Source of the DNA: an uncultured bacterium
Lineage (GTDB): Bacteria > Krumholzibacteriota > Krumholzibacteriia > WVZY01 > JAKEHA01
DNA: 38,234 nt
Reading direction: 5' to 3'
NCBI GenBank assembly: GCA_964500785.1
Contig: CAZCQM010000001.1
Location: 1-38,234 of the forward strand
Part shown: positions 32,617 to 38,234 of the stretch, piece after piece
Layout of the letters: each line of letters begins with the position of its first letter
How positions within the stretch are numbered: position 1 is the first letter of the stretch
Notes under the pieces: model-generated
Told to the model about the DNA's origin: nothing
Databases searched by the model: none
What the model saw: the letters and a program-made list of their open reading frames with translations, nothing else
Position numbers and translations under genes: made by a program

Positions 32617-33708
32617 ATGAAATGGTCCATCCGCATCGGCAAGCTGTTCGGAATCCCCGTCTACATCCATGTGACGTTCATTCTGTTCCTGGTCTGGATC
32701 GCCATCATCATCTGGCGGCAGGCGCAGGACATCAGCATGGTCGCGTGGGGGATCCTGTTCATCCTGTCGATCTTCCTGTGCGTCGTGCTGCACGAGTTCG
32801 GCCATGCCCTCACCGCCCGCCGGTACGGGATATCGACGCGCGACGTGACGCTCCTGCCCATCGGCGGGCTGGCGCGACTGGAGCGCATGCCGGAGGACCC
32901 GCGGCAGGAGCTGTGGGTGGCGCTGGCGGGGCCGGCGGTGAACGTCGTCATCGCGCTGGTTCTGTTCCTGGGGCTGCGCGCATCGGCCACCGCGCTCGTA
33001 CCCGACTCGGTGATCATCACGCGCCAGTCTTTCCTGGCGCGGGTGATGTTCATCAACGTCTTCCTGGTGCTGTTCAATCTGCTGCCCGCGTTCCCCATGG
33101 ACGGAGGGCGCGTGCTGCGTGCGCTGATGGCGACGCGCATGCCCTACCCGCGCGCCACGCACCTGGCCGCGGTCATCGGGCAGACCATGGCCTTCCTGTT
33201 CGGATTCGCCGGCCTGTTCTGGAACCCGATGCTCATCTTCATCGCCCTGTTCGTCTGGATCGGTGCGGCTCAGGAAGCGAACATGGTGCAGATGCGTTAT
33301 TCGCTGGCCGGGATCCCGGTGGGTCGCGCGATGGTGACGGATTTCCGCACCCTCGCGCCCACCGACACGCTCTCCGCCGCCGTCGATCTCACGCTGGCCG
33401 GAACGCAGCGCGACTTCCCGGTGATCGACGGCGACCGCATCGTGGGCGTGCTGATGCAGAAGGACATGCTGGCGGCGCTCGCCCGCGGCGGCCCCAACGT
33501 GCCGGTCGCGGACGCCATGCAGCGCGAGTTCGAGATGGTGGAAGCGTCCGAGAACCTGGAAGCCGCCTACCGGCGCCTGAGCGCGCGCCGGTGCAGCACC
33601 GCGCCGGTGTCGTTCCAGGGCCGTCTGGTGGGCCTGGTGACGATGGACAATATCGGGGAGCTGCTCGCGATCCAGGGCGCGCTGGACCGGGTGCCACGCG
33701 CCGGATGA
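32617..33708 (+). CDS. Site-2 protease family (M50) zinc metalloprotease with C-terminal CBS pair
   Basis: HEFGHALTARRYG (HExxH), NLLPAFPMDGGRVL (second metal-ligand motif) and a CBS-type tail (FPVIDGDRIVGVLMQKDML...PVSFQGRLVGLVTMDNI). Confidence 0.88.
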   Translation: MKWSIRIGKLFGIPVYIHVTFILFLVWIAIIIWRQAQDISMVAWGILFILSIFLCVVLHEFGHALTARRYGISTRDVTLLPIGGLARLERMPEDPRQELWVALAGPAVNVVIALVLFLGLRASATALVPDSVIITRQSFLARVMFINVFLVLFNLLPAFPMDGGRVLRALMATRMPYPRATHLAAVIGQTMAFLFGFAGLFWNPMLIFIALFVWIGAAQEANMVQMRYSLAGIPVGRAMVTDFRTLAPTDTLSAAVDLTLAGTQRDFPVIDGDRIVGVLMQKDMLAALARGGPNVPVADAMQREFEMVEASENLEAAYRRLSARRCSTAPVSFQGRLVGLVTMDNIGELLAIQGALDRVPRAG

Positions 33709-33767
33709 CGGTGGACGGGGAAACGAAGCCACACGTTACGATCAACCCGAGCCGCAAGAAAGGAACG

Positions 33768-34244
33768 ATGGATATGTCCGAGCATCACGCCCGGATCAAC
33801 TGGGTAAAAGAGACGGAGTCGTTCGACATCAAGGTATACAAACGCGAGCACACATGGACCTTCCCCAAGAGCGGGACGGTGGTCCGCGCGACCTCGGCGC
33901 CGAAATTCCTGGGCAGCCCGGAATGCATCGATCCCGAAGAGACGCTGGTCGCCGCGCTGTCGAGCTGCCACATGCTGACGTTTCTCGCGCTGTGTTCGCG
34001 CCGCGGCATCGTGGTGGAACGCTACGATGACGATGCGGTCGGCTTCCTGGAGCCCAACGAGGACAAGAAGCTGGCCATCACGCGGGTGATCCTCCGTCCG
34101 CGTGTCACCTTCGCTTCCGGGCAGCGGCCCGCGGCGGCGGCGCTCGCGGAGCTCCATGACAAGGCCCACCACGAATGCTTCATCGCCAACTCGGTGAAGA
34201 CGATGGTCACAGTAGAAGATTCCGTCACGGAAGGGGCGCGGTGA
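33768..34244 (+). CDS. OsmC/Ohr-family protein (second paralogue)
   Basis: PEETLVAALSSCHMLTFLAL...DKAHHECFIANS carries the paired Cys of the OsmC fold. ATG 33768 follows AAGGAA. The alternative ATG 33705 overlaps the S2P stop (ATGA). The listed 834-aa ORF is a shadow except for its last ~160 codons. Confidence 0.75.
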   Translation: MDMSEHHARINWVKETESFDIKVYKREHTWTFPKSGTVVRATSAPKFLGSPECIDPEETLVAALSSCHMLTFLALCSRRGIVVERYDDDAVGFLEPNEDKKLAITRVILRPRVTFASGQRPAAAALAELHDKAHHECFIANSVKTMVTVEDSVTEGAR

Positions 34245-35335
34245 CCGGGTTGCATCGGGCGCTCGCGCTCTGCCTGGCCCTCGTCGCGTCACTTCTGGCC
34301 GCCGCCGGGGCGTTGGCACAGGCCCCCGCCGACTCGACCGCCGCCAGGGCGCCCGAGCCCGCGGTCGTTCGCGCGGAACGCCTGCTGGAGGAGAACCACC
34401 CGAAGGAGGCCGTCGAAGCCGGGAAGGAGGCGGTCCGCGATCTCCCCGACGAGCCCAACGGATGGTTCGTGCTCGCGCGGGCGTATCACGCGATCGGCGA
34501 CCTCGACGACGCCATCGAGACGGGCCACCACGCCGTGGAGTTCGCGACGGTGCGTGCGAGCGCGTTCTACAACCTCGCGTGCGCGTACGCGCTCAAGGGT
34601 GACGCCGACGATGCCTTCCGCGCGCTCCTGGGGGCCAAGCGCGCCGGCTTCGCCGATCGCGACCAGATGGCGCACGACCCGGACCTGGCCTCACTCCGGG
34701 ACGACCCGCGCTTCGTGCTGCCGCAGGAGCCCAATTATTTCACGCTCCATCTGGCGGACACCACCGAGGTGCCTTTCTCCGTGGTTCTTCCCATCAACTA
34801 CGAGCCGGCGCGCGCGTATCCGGTGCTCGTCGCCCCCGGCAACGGCAAGAAGGTGAAGGGGAGTTGGGGCGGCCTCTTCTGGGGAGAGGACACCGCGCAG
34901 CGCGGTTGGATCACGGTGGAGACACCGGCGTTCGTGGTCAAGGATCCCGTGACCGCGGTGTCCCGCCTGCTCGACGAGATCGGGCGGCGCTACAAGGTCG
35001 AAGGCGGCAAGGTGCACCTCATCGGCTATGGCCCGGTGGCGGGTGCGGTGTTCGGCGTGGCCATGGCCGTGCCGGACCGGATCAAGAGTATCTCCGCGGT
35101 GCCGGGCTTCCCGGGCACCGTGGACGACGCCGAGTTGTCGAAGCTCAAGGGCGTGAAGGTGAGCTTCATCGTCGGGGCGGAGGATCCCCTGTTTCGGAAC
35201 GAGTGCGAAGCGGCGCACCACCACCTCCAGCAGCTCGGCGTCGAGACCTACATCGAGGTCGTTCCCGGCGGCGGTCCGCTTCTCACACAAATGTTCGGCG
35301 GCGAGTTCGCCGAGCGGCTCGATCTCCTGCGATAA
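34241..35335 (+). CDS. Secreted TPR-containing protein with C-terminal alpha/beta-hydrolase-like (esterase) domain
   Basis: The GTG overlaps the previous stop (GTGA). Signal peptide (AAAGALAQA). TPR-like WFVLARAYHAIGDLDDAIE / AFYNLACAYALKGDADDA...DPDLASLRDDPRF, then PFSVVLPINYEP..YPVLVAPGNG...KVHLIGYGPVAG. Confidence 0.5.
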   Translation: MTGLHRALALCLALVASLLAAAGALAQAPADSTAARAPEPAVVRAERLLEENHPKEAVEAGKEAVRDLPDEPNGWFVLARAYHAIGDLDDAIETGHHAVEFATVRASAFYNLACAYALKGDADDAFRALLGAKRAGFADRDQMAHDPDLASLRDDPRFVLPQEPNYFTLHLADTTEVPFSVVLPINYEPARAYPVLVAPGNGKKVKGSWGGLFWGEDTAQRGWITVETPAFVVKDPVTAVSRLLDEIGRRYKVEGGKVHLIGYGPVAGAVFGVAMAVPDRIKSISAVPGFPGTVDDAELSKLKGVKVSFIVGAEDPLFRNECEAAHHHLQQLGVETYIEVVPGGGPLLTQMFGGEFAERLDLLR

Positions 35336-35339
35336 CTCC

Positions 35340-35672
35340 GTGTCGATATCGAAGCGCAACGCGTTGTCGGCGATCCCGGCCGACCTGCCGGGACGCGAAG
35401 AGTTGATCGAGCGCCTCGCCGGCGCGGACCGCGTGCGCGTCGAGCGTATCGTGTCGCACGGCCATGCATCTCCCGTGGGGTTCTGGTACGACCAGGACGA
35501 AACGGAGTGGGTGATGGTCGTCTCCGGCCGCGCGCGCCTGCGCTTCGAGACCGACGACCACACGATCGACCTCGCACAGGGCGACCACCTCACCATCCCC
35601 CCGCACGCCCGGCACCGCGTCGACTGGACGGACCCGGACGAACCCACGGTCTGGATCGCCGTGTTCTTCTGA
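35340..35672 (+). CDS. Cupin-domain protein
   Basis: ERIVSHGHASP...WYDQDETEWVMVVSGRARLRF......GDHLTIPPHARHRV matches the two cupin motifs. GTG start as listed. Confidence 0.75.
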   Translation: MSISKRNALSAIPADLPGREELIERLAGADRVRVERIVSHGHASPVGFWYDQDETEWVMVVSGRARLRFETDDHTIDLAQGDHLTIPPHARHRVDWTDPDEPTVWIAVFF

Positions 35673-35687
35673 TGACAATCGAACGAT

Positions 35688-35704
35688 GTCCCCCCGGTGG
35701 GGAC
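35688..35704. terminator. Candidate bidirectional stem-loop between the convergent cupin and thiE genes
   Basis: GTCCCC, loop CCGGT, GGGGAC (6-bp stem) within the 42-nt convergent gap. No U-tract. Confidence 0.3.
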
Positions 35705-35714
35705 GCCGGCGGGC

Positions 35715-36344
35715 TCAGGGCATTGCCGCGACGAGCCCGCGCGTGGCGGCTTCCGGGTCGGGGGCCGCGCAGACCGCGGCGATGACGGCGACGCCGGAGG
35801 CGCCGGCGCGCATGACGTCCGGGACGCGTTCGGCGGTGATGCCGCCGATCGCGATCACGGGAATCGTGACCACGTCTCGCACGGCGCGGATCCCGTCGAG
35901 TCCGATCGGAGGCCCGGGTTTGTGCTTGGACGTCGTCGGATAGACGTGGCCGACGCCGACGTAGTCGGCGCCCGCGCGTTCGGCGGCGAGGGCGTCGGCG
36001 GGGGTTGCGGCGGAAGCGCCGATGATGACGCCGGCGCCGAGGATCGAGCGCGCCTCCGCGATGGAGGTGTCATCGCCTCCGACGTGGACTCCGTCCGCGC
36101 CCGCCGCGCGCGCCTCGCGCACACGGTCGTTGACGATGAAGAGCGCCCCGTGGCGCGTGCACACCTCGCGCACGCGTCGCGCGACGGCAAGAAACTCCCC
36201 GGCAGCAAGCGACTTGTCACGGAGCTGGATGGTGGCCGCGCCGCCGCGGCACGCAAGCGTGGCGAGCTGGACGTGGTCGTAGCGCGATTGCACCGTGACG
36301 TCGGTGATCACGTGGAGGCGGCCGACCTCGCGCCCCCCGCTCAC
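35715..36344 (-). CDS. thiE: Thiamine-phosphate synthase
   Basis: LHVITD...IQLRDK...FIVNDRVREARAAGADGVHVGGDD...GASAAT...GADYVGVGHVYPTTSKH...IPVIAIGGI are canonical ThiE motifs. The GTG start overlaps the upstream stop (GTGA at 36344-36341). Confidence 0.85.
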   Translation of the reverse strand: MSGGREVGRLHVITDVTVQSRYDHVQLATLACRGGAATIQLRDKSLAAGEFLAVARRVREVCTRHGALFIVNDRVREARAAGADGVHVGGDDTSIAEARSILGAGVIIGASAATPADALAAERAGADYVGVGHVYPTTSKHKPGPPIGLDGIRAVRDVVTIPVIAIGGITAERVPDVMRAGASGVAVIAAVCAAPDPEAATRGLVAAMP

Positions 36345-36984
36345 AGCGACCCCAGGGCGGCTTCGAACTCGCGCATGCGCGTGCGCACGCTCGTCGCCGT
36401 CATGACCGCACCCACCGCGGCCACGCCGTGCGCGCCCGCGTCGAGGCACGCACGCGCGTTCTCCGGCGTGACGCCACCGATCGCGAACACGGGAACCGCC
36501 GCGGCCCGGCACGCCTCTCCCAGCGCATCCATCCCCTGGGGCTTCCCGAAGCGCTTCTTGGACGCGGTCTCGAAGACCGGGCCGAAGCAGACGAAATCCG
36601 CCCCGGCGCCGGCGGCCGCGCGCACGCCGTCGGGCGCATGCGTGCTCGCGCCGATGAGCAGGTCGGGGAACATGGAGCGGAAGCGGGCAAGCAGGTCCGG
36701 CGTATCGGGGACGTGGAACCCGTCGACACCCGGGCTGGCGGCGAGGAGGGCGGCGGTGTCGTCTTCGACGAAGTCGCTGACATTGACGAGCAGCTTCCCG
36801 CCGTGCGGGCGCATGACGCCGACCAGGCGCGTGGCGGACGCGATCAGGTCGGGGGCGGACAGATCCTTCTCCCGAAGCTGCACGGCGCGCACGCCGGTGA
36901 CGCACGCGTCGTGGACGATCGACGCGATCGAGCGCGGGGCGCCCTGCTTCCGGTCGGTGACGAGATAGAAGCGGAAGTCGACCA

Positions 36985-36985
<1 letters not shown>
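36341..36985 (-). CDS. ThiE-fold paralogue, TenI-like (possible thiazole tautomerase) or second thiamine-phosphate synthase
   Basis: FYLVTD...VQLREK...GASTH...GADFVCFGPVFETASKKRFG...VPVFAIGGV. It lacks the NDR and GVH.G.DD motifs of ThiE, and its VFET..KK resembles my recollection of B. subtilis TenI. Its ATG overlaps the thiG stop by 1 nt. Confidence 0.55.
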
Positions 36986-37962
<977 letters not shown>

Positions 37963-37979
<17 letters not shown>

Positions 37980-38234
37980 GATGAACTCCCGGTCCGAATC
38001 GCGCCGGCGAAAAGGCCGACACGGAATCGGGGAAGCGGCCCGTGGTGACGCCCTCGCACACGGCGTCCGCGGTGCCGGGCGCGAGCAGGATGCCGTGGCG
38101 GAAGTGCCCGGTCGCCAGGACGAGGCCGCGCACGCGCGTGGCACCGATCACCGGCCGGTTGTCGCGCGAGCCCGGGCGCAGGCCCACCTCGACGGCTTCG
38201 AAGGGAAGGTCGTAGATCGCGGGGACGATCTCCC
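37963..38234 (-). CDS. thiO: Glycine oxidase ThiO, C-terminal part (5' end off the window)
   Basis: The frame is open to the window edge (...EIVPAIYDLPFEAVEVGLRPGSRDNRPVIG...LVLATGHFRHGILLAPGTA). The listed Met at 38187 is an internal GTG. Overlaps the thiS start by 17 nt. Confidence 0.8.

Noticed and set aside
31740-33767. First ~675 codons of the listed 834-aa plus-strand ORF 31740-34244
   Set aside because: This part is antisense to thiD and out of frame with the S2P gene, and its composition is junk. Only the last ~160 codons (OsmC-like) are credible.

Overview
Very GC-rich bacterial chromosomal segment (judged by eye, not computed) from a diderm organism: it encodes several beta-barrel proteins ending in aromatic residues. 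Genes are densely packed, with many 1-4 nt start/stop overlaps. I support 37 protein-coding genes. I recognised no rRNA, tRNA, CRISPR array, transposase or integrase. Most long ORFs on the opposite strand or in alternative frames are GC-driven shadow ORFs.

Left to right:
- 1-3727: partial RND/MMPL exporter, LolA-like protein and OM beta-barrel.
- 3795-11328: housekeeping and stress genes (MFS pump, OsmC, PaaI thioesterase, DUF302, dienelactone hydrolase, GT4, DinB).
- 11325-17357, minus strand: tight operon MarR / AsnB-like amidotransferase / MpgS / Na+:solute symporter / MpgP, i.e. the two-step mannosylglycerate compatible-solute pathway with an unexpected amidotransferase. It is divergent from a GH38 alpha-mannosidase (17558-20072) whose N-terminal metal-binding motif lies in a different frame.
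- 20326-28116, plus strand: five-gene block of a ferric-reductase-like di-heme-b membrane protein, a membrane-anchored Fe-S flavoprotein, a 20-CXXCH cytochrome, a 25-CXXCH cytochrome built from 5 tandem 219-bp triheme modules, and a beta-barrel OMP. I read this as a candidate, apparently non-canonical, porin-cytochrome transmembrane electron conduit, and it is the most interesting system in the window.
- 28113-31567: acyl-CoA ligase, CT610/CADD-like di-iron protein (alternative pABA route), Asp/Glu racemase.
- 31683-38234: thiD; an S2P-CBS / OsmC-like / TPR-hydrolase / cupin block; and thiO-thiS-thiG-(TenI-like)-thiE running off the right edge.

All functional calls come from reading the translated ORFs against remembered family motifs. 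No database search was run.
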